Shown one piece after another: positions 52,404-64,000 of a stretch of 64,000 nucleotides of DNA; position 1 is the first letter of the stretch; each line of letters begins with the position of its first letter. The DNA comes from Octopus vulgaris (taxonomy: Eukaryota), in the NCBI GenBank assembly GCA_951406725.2, contig OX597832.1:35774001-35838000 (forward strand), in the 5' to 3' direction. The position numbers and the translations under genes were made by a program. The notes beneath the pieces were generated by a model. It was not told where the DNA came from. It was given only the letters and a program-made list of their open reading frames with translations, and ran no database searches.

Positions 52404-53077
52404 TATATATGAATGTAGAACAATGGAATATAGACATTTATTTATCCATGTATACAAACATAGTTATATTCGGAGAGTGCATCACACTTTCTATTTACCA
52501 AATATTGTTGGAGGATAAGTTTACCAGTATGGAGATGATTTATCAAATCAGAGAAATTCTTTTGTTTCAATGCCAGATTCCTGTTCAATCCTAGATCATA
52601 ACATCTTATTTTTCAATATTTTGTTCTCCATTTATGTCAGAGATGTTAGTTTGTTGAGGTAGAAGCACATTACATGAAAACCATTAACTTCAAAGACAAC
52701 AGAGATTTTAAAAGTCCCAAGAGAGTAGAGTTTAGTTTTGCATCATGAATTTGTCAAAAATAAAAGAAAAGAAAGAAAACAAGGAAAGAAAGGAAATCAA
52801 CCATGAATCAAGGTAAACAGTATAGATTACATTTTTAAAAAAAATCTATGAAACGACTCAGTGGAGTTTAATCTGATTGAGATAGATCTCCTGTGGTTGT
52901 GTATCCAAAAGAAGTGTGAAAGTTATTGTTGTGAGGGACTCTAAATACAGAAATAGGGGGGAAAATTGCTTTTAAACATCTTCCTCTGGGATCTGGAGAG
53001 TGTGTGATGAAGAAATGACAATCAAATGAACTCAGCAAAGTAAATTGGAATTTTCAGATGGACAAGATTTAGTCTTG

Positions 53078-53280
53078 GAGAGTGGTTGAGGCGGAAGAGA
53101 GAGAAGAGAGAGAGAAGAGAGAGAAGAGAGAGAAGAGAGAGAGAAGAGAGTGGTTGAGGTGGAAGAGAGAGAGAAGAGAGTGGTTGAGGTGGAAGAGAGA
53201 GAAGAGAGAGAGAAGAGAGAGAGAGAAGAGAGAGAAGAGAGAGAGAAGAGAGAGAGAAGAGAGAGAGAGAAGAGAGAGGT
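53078..53280. repeat. GA-rich compound repeat
   Basis: (GAGAGAGAA)n with three GAGTGGTTGAGG units. Confidence 0.85.
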
Positions 53281-53889
53281 AGTTTAATGTTTTTGAAACT
53301 ATGAGTGATAATGACGTTGTGCCTGGCTGCAACTAACCGAAAAGAGATTTGCCATTGAAAAAAAAAACCTATTTATTATCCTTAGAACAACAATCATGAT
53401 AATAATTGTTTCTAGTTTAGGTACAAGGGCAACAGTTCTTAGAGGAGGGTGTTTAGTCGATATCATGAACCTCAGTAATTGACTTGAACATTATTATTTT
53501 ATCAGCACCAAAGGGAGGAAAGTGAGAATCAACCTTGACAGGATTCAATCTTACAATTTAAAGAGTTAACGCATAAACTGCAACGTATTCTGTTCAATAC
53601 TCTAAAGATTCTGCCATCCAAAAGCGATAATAGTTTTGGTATAAGCTCAAGATTTGGCAGTAAACTGTCTGGCATTCTAATGCCTTTGCCATTCTACCAC
53701 TTTTTTAAAATTGTTTCTAACATTGCCAGAATCTGAAATTTGAAGGAAGGAAATTTTATCCCAGTTTTTCACTGGTACATTATTTTGTAGGTCCCCAAAG
53801 TTAAAGTTGGCTGGCTTTGAACACAACATAAAGAATCACAGCAAATACTGCAATGTTTTTTTTATTTTGGGAGCTGTACTGATGGTCCC

Positions 53890-54271
53890 TATCAGAAAGT
53901 TTCGGTTTTCTTCCGGAGTTTTGTTTCGATGAGGAGGTTTTTTCCCTCTTTCTCAAAGGCTGTCATTATTTTTGAGACAGTACTTCTTGATACACCAAAC
54001 ATTTTGGTTGTTTTCGTTATGCTAGTACCTGCCATCCGAGCACCAACAATTTGACTGTTTTGAAAGTTCAATAGATCTGTCATTTTAATGAATCTTAATT
54101 ACCTTTTTCTGATGTTATCTGAAAAGAAACAACAATTTTAGCAAAACATATTAAGCAACACTAATAATAAATCAAAAACATAAGAATAAACAAGCTTTGG
54201 ACGGTTTTACAGATATTTCAAAATTATGATTCTATGATGCAAGGGGTTTCCATTGTTTTGTCCAACCCCTG
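53890..54271 (-). mobile_element. Tc1-like element, 5' part, same family as 16417-16777
   Basis: TIR CAGGGGTTGGACAAAACAATGGAAAC beside TA; MTDLLNFQNSQIVGARMAGTSITKTTKMFGVSRSTVSKIM. Confidence 0.85.
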
Positions 54272-54626
54272 TATGTATGTATATAGTTATCAGCAAAGGG
54301 AACGGTGTGAATAAATTGTTTTATTATATAAATCTACAATTATTCCTCTGACATTTGAACTCAGGAGTATTGCCATATTATTATATAACTAGCAAAACCA
54401 TGTTGTCAAAAATGCCAACAGTTTTATTAATGACAGAAAAGTGGTGCATCGAAACAATGGGAGAAACCATTGAAAAATGTCAGCAATTGAGTAAATACAA
54501 AGAATGGAATCTCTTGAAAAATCAGATACAATTGTAACGTCTCAGTGGAAAATATTATCATCCATTTAATACACACGCACACACACACACACACATACAC
54601 ACACATACACAAACACACACACATGT

Positions 54627-54659
<33 letters not shown>

Positions 54660-54936
54660 AACACACATAGAAAGTAATAATGACAATAATTCTCGGATGG
54701 AATTTATAAATATTTGATGCATTGCAATGTACATTTCCACAAATCACATAACTTTAACATCAGAGTCCGTATCCTTGGGATGATTACAGCATAAACCATC
54801 CACTGGATGTGAGCATCCAGTGGATCAACATCAGTGATTCATTTCACTGGGTGATGCTGCATTAGTGGATGAATCACAGAGGGACGTTTAGCCCTTCTTG
54901 CCAGCACGAAGGCCAATCTAGTGATATATATGTATG

Positions 54937-55003
<67 letters not shown>

Positions 55004-55018
55004 GAACATACACACATA

Positions 55019-55360
55019 CTGGATGTCATGAATAAATTGTCATCTAAATTATGCAAAAATGAAAATAACTCTGGCATCTCATTTTAACAGATATGTTTAC
55101 CAAAATTACATGAAAATATCCTGAAATACTAAAGAGTAAATTTATTCAATAAAATTGCCATTGACCTCAACCATGGCCACCAGACGACTTCAGATTCTCC
55201 TGCAACTCTTCTGGATAGTCTCCTTGTTTAAGTTGGTGAATACCGCCATAATCCTTGCCTTCAGTTCATCTTTGGTGTTACGAGGAGTTTTGTTGGGAAA
55301 TGCTTTAGTGAAAGAATTAATCTCCAATATCAACTGACCTTCATGTTCCCCAGACTCGAC
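55019..55360 (-). mobile_element. Tc1/mariner (maT-like) 3' fragment
   Basis: NKTPRNTKDELKARIMAVFTNLNKETIQKSCRRI*SRLVAMVEVNGNFIE*, a typical transposase C-terminus. Confidence 0.75.
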
Positions 55361-55621
55361 TAACCCAAATTTTTTCTTGAGCATATAGCCATAGAATGAT
55401 ATGGCAATATCTTATGTTAGAATTCTGGTGAAATGATTGTAAATTTATGCCATAAAACAATTTGCTCATTCCAGATATTAATGGACTTTTGGCAATATGA
55501 TGTGAGAAACATCAACCTCTGAATTATGGTTATATCTGATAGCCTGTACTTGTTGATGAGCTTAGAAGAAGCTACATGGTTAACAGCTGAAAGAAATTGC
55601 TCTCTCTCCCTCTCCCACTCA

Positions 55622-55676
<55 letters not shown>

Positions 55677-56178
55677 GGTTATAAAATGAGATAGGGGTTG
55701 AAAATTCAACCCACCATGGGATAACATATATCCAATATACTGCTAGATAGGTACCCAACAAGACTAATACATAGATGTTAAAAATTGCCAAACAATCAGT
55801 TCATCTATTGTATTATATGGGTAAAGGTAATAATATTACCGTAAATTAATACTACAAAATTAGAAAATGGAGAAACATACTTAAATCAATAAAACATCAA
55901 CTATCAGATGATACCCAATCAATACTTTATTACACCATTACATATCAGTAAAGGCATTATACAAAATATACAGTAAATGTAAATAGACAAAGAGATATAA
56001 GTATAAAATTTCAAATATAATATGTAATTAAATCATATCTGACAGCTGTTTCGGCAGCAAGGGCAGTCATACCTCATTTAACCTATAAGCCATAAAGGCA
56101 GGTATAAATGAGGCATTAACAAGGATGCCCCACGGCCTCTTCAGAGAATTAAATTTGTTATAATTGTGAAAAAATTAT
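55677..56178 (-). mobile_element. (TA)n-flanked Penelope-LTR-like element containing an HHR
   Basis: Bounded by (TA)n on both sides; related fragment at 42500-42590; minus strand has HHR followed by AATAAAG. Confidence 0.65.
56038..56147 (-). ncRNA. type I hammerhead ribozyme, canonical core, stem II of about 85 nt
   Basis: TCT-CTGAAGA-GGC...GGGCA...ATGCCTCATTTA...TAAATGAGGTAT...TGCCC...GCC-GAAA-CAGCTG-TC-AGA. Confidence 0.85.
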
Positions 56179-56270
56179 TTATATATATATATATATACTG
56201 GCAAACTACAAGGAATCATGTGTAGCTCTGTGTCGGCAAGTCTTGTAAAAATATAGAAAAAAGGTGAAAG

Positions 56271-56607
56271 GGGTACAGTGAACTTGCCGTGAGGAGTAGA
56301 ATATCCAACGTTTCGGATGCAATCCTTTGTCAGGAGGCAGAGAAAAAGAGAAGTTGAAGAAAGACACACAGAGTTTACATCCTCTCAGTTTGAAAAACTG
56401 ACTGCAACTGATAATGGATGCAGAATAACACGGGCTGCAAATGTGAAACAGAAGTTATAGGAGAGGTCGTGCAGAAAGGAGGACGAAAAAAATGATGGAT
56501 GTAAAACTCTGTTTGCCTTTCTTCAACTTCTCTTTTTCTCTACCCATTGATGAAGGATTGCATCCAAAACAGATATTCTACTCCTCACAGCAAGTTTACT
56601 GTATCCC
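56271..56607. mobile_element. fold-back element with two mutated HHRs
   Basis: Arms of about 100-110 bp; minus 56305-56336 CTGACAA-a-GGATtgcATCC-GAAA-CG-TT-GG; plus 56547-56570 TTGATGA-a-GGATtgcATCC-AAAAC. Confidence 0.75.
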
Positions 56608-56869
56608 TGATTAAATTCGGTAGGCGGAAGTTACTGCTGTGTGTGTATATGTGCGTGTAGGTGCTTTACATACATATATATATATATATATAATAAATAT
56701 TAGGGAATAAATCCAAATTTACAGGGAAAAAATCAGATTTAGGATTAAATCCAATTTTATAGTAAAATATTATATAATATTAATTCGAGACAAAACCACT
56801 ATTTTGCAAAACAAACAAGGAAAGACTTAATCAATACATAAAAATTTTTAATATATAGACTTAAACCGC

Positions 56870-56914
<45 letters not shown>

Positions 56915-57039
56915 TTATATACATGTATATATATACATATATACATATACATATATGCAGGGAACATGTGGAAGGGGTAGACTCAGGTAGATGTGGGAAG
57001 AAGTGATGAGAAAGGATCTACAGGCGTTGGGAATCACAG

Positions 57040-57287
57040 AGGAGATGACCGGGGACAGAGACTCCTGACTTTTTGCTGTTTGAAAAGACAGGTCAAGCTA
57101 AGTAAAAGTGTGGTTGTCTTTGCATACAGGCTTGACCCCTGCATCCCTCTCCAGCTGAGCATCCCTAATCTCATGGGCTCATAGGTGATGGTGCCACATA
57201 AAAAGCATCCAGTACACTCTGTAAAGTGGTTGGTGTTAAGAAGGACATGGAAAACGGACATTAAATGATGATGATGATGATGATGAT
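57040..57287 (+). mobile_element. family E element ending in (ATG)n
   Basis: GTACACTCTGTAAAGTGGTTGGTGTTAAGAAGG...CATGGAAAACGGACATTAAATGATGATG. Confidence 0.7.
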
Positions 57288-60200
57288 ATAACCATAGTGA
57301 CATTGCATAAGATGCTCTGGCAAGACACTAACTGATCCAATCTACCCAGCTGCAAATTGGTAGCCCTCAGTGTATTACAGATTACTGATGTGTAATTAAC
57401 AAGTGCATCATTGACTTACAGGAAAACTGCTGAAAGCTGTTTTTCCCTATTAGTCCTGGAAAGCCATAAGAATGTATTTTAATCAAGCCTCAGAAATTAA
57501 CTACAAAACCCTGTTGTGCTGGAATAGACCCTTCTATGACACCGTATAAGTACAGGGCTGCAGAAAGGGGTCGATGATGAACAATAGATATAATAAAAGA
57601 TGTAATTAGAGGTGTACCAAGTGTTAAAAGTCAACTAAGTCTCCAGGAATTTGTTAACAAAGAATGAAGGCCTGATAAAAGTGTGTCACCTGGAATACCA
57701 GACCATGAGGGACTTTTAGCATTGGGATGATTGTCATATTGAATATAGAGGGTTCCTGAAGGTCACCAGTGTGGCAGTTTGTTGACACCACTGCCTTAAC
57801 GATGTCTGTTGGTTATTAGTTTGACTCCATGGTTGTTGGTTGATGATGACAATGTCGGCGATGGTAGATGTTGATAACAGTGTGCAGCAGACAGACGTCA
57901 CCACCTGTGTTTGTGTCTTCATTAAGTGTGTGGTCATATACATTAACAACTCGCTTTAGGATTATAAAGTTTTATTGTGGTGTAGGTTACACATGAATTG
58001 CTTTGCATAGAGTTTTGCATAGACATGTGTAGTGTTTAATAGAGATGTCTCTGGTATGTTAGAAGTAAATGAATGAATGCATGAAGACATTAGTTGTAGT
58101 TTGTGAATATAGAAGAAGACTCGATAGAAATGTTTGTAGAAAAGTGTGAAAGACAATGGTATTGAATTTGGTCAAATCTGCCGGTGCACGTGGACAAAAA
58201 ATATTCTTGTGTGGGAGGGGCCAGCATTAACACGATAGAACAAAACTGCATTCCGGGAGTCCTTTAGAAAAGCAAGACAAGGAATCAATTGAAAAATGGC
58301 AGTGGGTCCATTATATAACTAACAATCGGATGTAGCAGGGAGTGCCTGTTTGAGGGAGTTAGTTAATCCAGCCACTTGCAGACTGAATAAAGCTGTAAAC
58401 TAACAGAGTGTCGTTTGAGCCAACATAGAAGTCCAAAAATGCATGTTTTAAACAACTGCAAATACAGACTTGCTATGGACTAAAGGACACTGGTATAACA
58501 GACCGAGGGAGAATGTCTTGACATTGCTGTTTGATTGATCAGTGAATTAGTCACAGTAGTTTGATATAATAGTTTTATTGCCTCATTCATCTTCACATAA
58601 TGAACTAATTGCATTAAAAATGTCTTGTTAATTGCCAAGTATCACCAATTTTAGCAACAAAATATATAAACACCATATCTTCAAACTGAATGTCATGGCT
58701 GGAATATTTATGAGCCAGAGAATTTTGGATCAAGTTTGACTTGAAGTTAACTAACATCTTAGGTTTGCTTTATCAAGTCTGAACTGGGATACATGAAAAC
58801 AACGTGACCAAGATTTAGAGGAGGGAAACAGAATATTTGGAAAACCATAGTAAAAGTTAACCATTGTGTCAGTATTAAATTAGAAAGCCAGTGTCAGAAT
58901 GTAGGCAGGACACATATTTCTGTTGTTAGGTTGAAATTTAAGTATCAGCCACAAACATATGTCTACTGTCTGTGCCATAAGACAAAAGATGTTTGTTGTT
59001 TCACATTTCCTTTCATTGCTATTGAAATAGTGTCATCAGCAATCATTGCTTCATTCACTGGATTTAAAGACCATTGTATCAGGTGACAATCAGGAGGAAA
59101 AAAGCTAAAGTTAATGAATGGGGAACCCAATGCCATAGGACGGTGGACAACAGAATTGTTATTTAGGAAGAGTGAGCAGAAGAAGGGCTACGGTCAGATG
59201 AAATATGACAGTCGAGCTTCAAACACACAAGCTAGTCATTACCCACTACAGAGGGGTCATGATATCCCTTACTAACAAAGACCTTGATACTAGCTACAGT
59301 CACCAACTGGGGCCTTTAAGGTAACAAATGGCAGGACAGCCATTATCAGGTGACAGAAGACAATTATATTGCTTATCCAATTAACTGATATGATAAAGTT
59401 TATCTTTATTCTCAGTTTTTCCTTGAGTTCCAGTAAATCTTGTGAAAATTTCTACGTTGAGAATTGGCACCATTGCATCTAAATGTTGGCATAAATGTGG
59501 AATTAGTTACTTCTGAAGTGAGACACTGCAAGACGCAATGCTGCATAATAAATAGTAGACTTTTATGTGCATCGATTATGGATTTATGTAATGATTTAGA
59601 ATACAATGGAGCAAGTTTAGAACTCCTTTAAAACCCATTGAACATATGAACTTTTCTTAATGGATGTCTACATATGCTTGTTATTGTTGTTGTTTCTGTA
59701 TGTTTTGTTGATGCTGTTGTTACTATTTTAGTATGCATTGTAATGTTGCATGTTGGATGTCAGATCAAGTGCAGTTTCCCCAGTGAGTCTGTAAAATTAG
59801 TTTTTGCAGTGAAGTTTGCATATTTCATCAACTTTTACCCAAAGATGACATTTTCAACAAATCACCAAATGAAAATTGACAAAGCTGTTTTAATGCCATT
59901 GTGGAATGAAAGTCAGCGCTGACCTTTCAGAATGTTAGTGGAAGTGAATTATGGATAGACAACGCTCTTCAAACAACACTAGAGACATCAACAAAAAGAC
60001 ATTCTAATGTTACTGCACTATTCATTAATCCTGACAGCTACGGGATCCAACCATCGCATGGCTTCAGGGTAATGATAAGCATAATATTTCAACAAAGAAC
60101 ATCTTGGTTTCAAACCAAACTAGCTGTTGCTATACGTTTGTTATTATTGAAATACATATAAATAGGTGAACTTCGTGATATTGATCAATATTAACTGCAG

Positions 60201-60443
60201 ACCTAACTAATGTGAAAAAATGCAGTTTGAGTTACAGCAAGATTTGTATTTATTCTGTCTGATTTTTTTGTTGGCCCCCTTATACAAACAGAGCTCTAAA
60301 CTATTAGCTTTATTGAGCACTTACATGACTATCTTTTCTTAATGTATTTTGAAGAATGCATACATATACATACACATGTATATACATATACATATATATA
60401 TAGATATATATATACATACATATATACACACACACACATATAT

Positions 60444-60474
<31 letters not shown>

Positions 60475-60514
60475 CATACATATATATATACGCACGCACA
60501 CACACACACACACA

Positions 60515-61165
60515 CATGGTCTGATCAATAAGTATTCTGCCTGTTGCCATAGTAACAAAGCTAAAGCATGCAGAGTGAGGCTGCTTGGCAGCAAATGACC
60601 TTCAACTCTGCTGTGCATGCACACAAAGTTTTAACATTCGAGCTCACTTCTGCTGTTTACAGCAATGCTTGGAAGGAAGGGGTGTAGCGTGTGATCATTA
60701 CATTAACCATAACAGAAAGTTGTCATGGTGATACCTACTCGGAGGCTGATGCAAAGTTGCAGAAATGGTATAGAGAGGAGTGTATGGGTGGTTCAGACAT
60801 TTCCAAGATGGCTGAAAAAAATGTCTAAATTGGTGAATGTTCTGGGAGACCTGCAACCAGCAGAACTGAGAAAAATATTGTAGATGTGCATGCAGCTGTA
60901 AGGGAAAATCGTTGAATCACCATCCGTGAGTTATTAGAAGATGTGCAGATTAGTTACGGTTCAGTTCAGTCCATCATCACTGAAGATTTGGGCATGAGAC
61001 GCATGTCTGCCACGTTTGTGCCAAAACTGCTTTCATTTGTCGATAAAGACAGATCGTGATTGTGTTGAGAACGATGAAAACTTTTTGAAAGTTTTGCATA
61101 GGCTCTGAGTAGGCATCACTTAGCTTTCGTAAAAATTAGATGCAGGTTCTCTGCTCAATTTTCTC
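60515..61165 (+). mobile_element. mariner-like transposon remnant (N-terminal transposase)
   Basis: SGRPATSRTEKNIVDV...ITIRELLEDVQISYGSVQSIITEDLGMRRMSATFVPKLL (WVPxxL-like motif); TIR-like GGTCTGATCAATAAGT. Confidence 0.8.
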
Positions 61166-61503
61166 TCTCTCTCTCTATATATATATTTTATGTGTGTGTC
61201 TGTGTTTGTCCCCTATCATCACTTGACAACCGATGTTGGTGTGTTTATGTCCCTGTAACTTAGTGGTTCAGCAAAAGAGACTGATAGAATAAGTACTAGA
61301 GTTACAAAGAATAAGTCCTGCATATATACACACAGGTACCAAATATATTGATCTGCGAACTTTATGTATGTACATGCATATATACTTTCTGTATGATGTA
61401 AAAGGATAAAATCTCTTTATATATGTACTAGCAGAGATACCCGGCGTTTCCCGGTTACATTCAATTGAAGAGTTAGACTTTTCTGTTATATATATATATG
61501 GAT

Positions 61504-61551
<48 letters not shown>

Positions 61552-61631
61552 TTATATTAATATAAATACATGAAAGTACATGAAGTTTGTTAAAAAAAGG
61601 GGATCATGTATATACCTCCTGGCTGTTGAGA

Positions 61632-62096
61632 TTATAACACCTCGTTGTTAACAATGTTCCTTGCTTTTCCTTGTGGAGCATATACAAAAAGGTTTCTTTT
61701 AGTTCCTACTCTTGAACAGCCAACATACAGTTGCCCATGCGAGAAGCAGGGCTCTTCCAAGAGAAGACCAGCTACAGAGAGGGTTTGACCCTGAGATTTG
61801 TTAATGGACATGGCAAAGCTGACACGAAGTGGGAATTGCAATCTTCTGAATGTAAATGGAATTTCTGCTCCTGATGGAGTAAGAGGAAATCTTGGAATAA
61901 AGACGTCATCAGCTTTTCCACATCCAGAAAGAATGATTGCCTCGATAACATGTGACATCATTTTCTTTATAACCAGTCGTGTTCCATTGCAAAGTCTTGG
62001 TGGTTCCAGATTGCGGAGTAGCATTACAGGAGTTCCAACTTTAAGTGCTAATATGTGTGGAGGTAGTCCAGGAGGCTCCAGTGAATTGAGAAATTC
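61632..62096 (-). pseudogene. Helitron RepHel Pif1-family helicase, C-terminal fragment with open frame
   Basis: [30 protein letters not shown]...LCNGTRL...[23 protein letters not shown]...[13 protein letters not shown]...NIVNNEVL*. Confidence 0.93.
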
Positions 62097-62184
62097 CACC
62101 ACCACCACCACAGCCACCACCGTCACCACCACCACCACCACCGCCACCACCACCACCACCACCACCACCACCACCACCACCACC

Positions 62185-62216
<32 letters not shown>

Positions 62217-62345
62217 CAACAACAACAGCAACAACGACAACAACAACAGCAACGATATCGTCGTTTTGCCATCTCCCATAACTGCCAACAACAACACCAC
62301 TACTACAACCTCAACCACTGCAAGTGACACCAACACTACCACCAA
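62097..62345. repeat. (ACC)n/(AAC)n trinucleotide repeat
   Basis: Direct reading. Confidence 0.95.
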
Positions 62346-62867
62346 AAACAAATCCAATTTTGCACAAGCGTAAAAATAAAAAAAGACAATACTAAACTTC
62401 AAAAGTTTGTGTTTGGATAATATTTTTTATGTAAAAGTTGTGCAACAACTAAAGCATTCAGTTGTGCAAATTCTTTGCACGGGAAACCTTCCCTGTGTGG
62501 CGTGTTTCCCGATTTTGTAGAATTTGCTTTCGGCTTTCTTAGCCATTTCTGTTTTGGCGACTTCAAAGCCATGAAGTCGTTGTCGAGAAGAACGCTGGTC
62601 TCCTTGACAACGCTTACGACGTTGATTTCCCTACCCTGCCTTCCCCACAGCTTCATGAAGGAGGGAGGAAGGGGAGAAGCAACACAGGTGCAGGTGCGAG
62701 CATTGGACGCCGACACACGAAGAATTGGAAGAACCCAGATGACAGCTTCACAGTCAAAGGACAACTCTGCCACAAACACCACCACCATCACCACGACCAA
62801 CACCACCACCACCACCACCACCACTACCACCACATATATATGTGTGTGTGTGTGTGTGTACTGATGA

Positions 62868-62928
62868 ATCTACTGACGAAGGATTACATAAGTAATTTAT
62901 TTGGTAATAGAAGAAACCAGTATATGAT
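62868..62928 (+). ncRNA. degenerate hammerhead-like motif
   Basis: TA-CTGACGA-a-GGATTAC...GTAAT(agaa)-GAAA-CCAG-TA-TA; base of stem II disrupted. Confidence 0.4.
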
Positions 62929-63034
62929 TAATTCTTGATTTTTGTATAATTTTCATCTGTCTTGCCCACCTATATTCTGGTGTTCGCTGAATTTTCTCTG
63001 GAGAACATATATATATATATATATATATATATAG

Positions 63035-63149
<115 letters not shown>

Positions 63150-63281
63150 AAAATCTACCAGATAGATGGAAGAGCATTGTAGAAACTGAATGAGAGTATA
63201 TTTCAGATTAAAAAACTTTGTTTATCTGACTTTTGAAAAAGAAAAGAAGTATATAAAAAAATGCATTATTTATGGGATGAC

Positions 63282-63337
<56 letters not shown>

Positions 63338-63737
63338 ATTTTGTGCATGTAATTGCATATAAATCTAAATTTAAAAAACAAAAAAAGTGAAAAGTTATTT
63401 ACATGATATGTTATGCATGAAGACTTAGAAGTTTTTGGTTTGGAATCCAGGTGCAAATCTAGCCTACAAGGGTGGAATGGATTAAGCTGTGCTGAAAACA
63501 TCTAACTCAGTTCATGGAGAACTCTGACAGAAAATCCAGAGGCATTTTCTTCATAGAGTTTGTGGTAAACTTTTGCACAAACTTTGTGGTGTCAGCATTT
63601 CTAAAATATATGGATGGTCTGACACAAGTCTTCACAAATCATCTGCGTGGGTAGTCTAACAACTATTTAAGGGTGTTAGGCATTTCATACATTGAGATTA
63701 ATGGAACAATCCACTATACATACATACATACATATAT

Positions 63738-63779
<42 letters not shown>

Positions 63780-63784
<5 letters not shown>

Positions 63785-64000
63785 ATATAAACGGCAGTTT
63801 GTCTGTGTGCGTGTCTGTGTGTCTGTTAGGTTGTACCTCACCCTGACCACGGCTTTCAACCGATTCTGATGAAACTTGACACACACATAGCCCAATGTCA
63901 TAATTCAAAACTAACGCAGCGAAAATTTTGAAAAGTTCCCCAGTTCTGAAAAAATCGATAAATTCGACATGGGGTCGAGAATCAGAAACCAAACCACAGA
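63780..64000 (+). mobile_element. 5' end of a Helitron-like element running off the window
   Basis: TC-TATATAAAC-GGCAGTTTGTCTGTGTG start after (TA)n; CCGATTCTGATGAAACTTG motif similar to the other Helitron 5' regions here. Confidence 0.65.

Larger units (their letters stand above)
61428..62760 (-). mobile_element. deleted Helitron carrying a helicase fragment
   Basis: 3' hairpin AACCGGGAAACGCCGGGT then CTAG|T; segment 62520-62720 is shared with the Helitrons at 39.8 and 42.0 kb; 5' boundary approximate. Confidence 0.85.

Noticed and set aside
57734-58490. Possible decayed Penelope-like ORF on the minus strand
   Set aside because: Composition is suggestive, but no diagnostic motif could be read
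59931-60068. Plus-strand candidate exon (TTTCAG|NVSGSELWIDNALQ...HGFR|GTAATG)
   Set aside because: The open frame is only 46 codons, with no recognisable homology and no partner exons

Overview
AT-rich, microsatellite-dense eukaryotic DNA. The SINE families, (TA)n/(CA)n load and transposon set suggest a coleoid cephalopod, probably Octopus; this is inferred, not proven. No host protein-coding gene can be firmly called. Most long ORFs in the track are translated microsatellites, and only a few weak candidate exons and a CpG-richer possible 5' region (about 37.2-39.1 kb) were seen. Recognisable transposons are: a hAT element with an 8-bp target-site duplication (TSD), DD37D (maT), Tc1 and mariner remnants, several Helitrons (one with a Pif1 helicase fragment), a rearranged L1/Tx1 LINE, RTE and CR1-like fragments, Penelope-like GIY-YIG remnants and several tRNA-derived SINE families. 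The main finding is a set of at least eight sequence-unrelated short elements, many forming long fold-back inverted repeats next to TA/CA microsatellites, that carry type I hammerhead ribozyme (HHR) motifs. These include canonical cores with very long stem II and palindromic stem III, and two families with the compensatory U3-A8 core (UUGANAA). A 32-bp-period array of ETS-type CAGGAAGT sites (22.3-22.6 kb) is a second unexplained structure. All RNA folds were paired by eye and none was computed.
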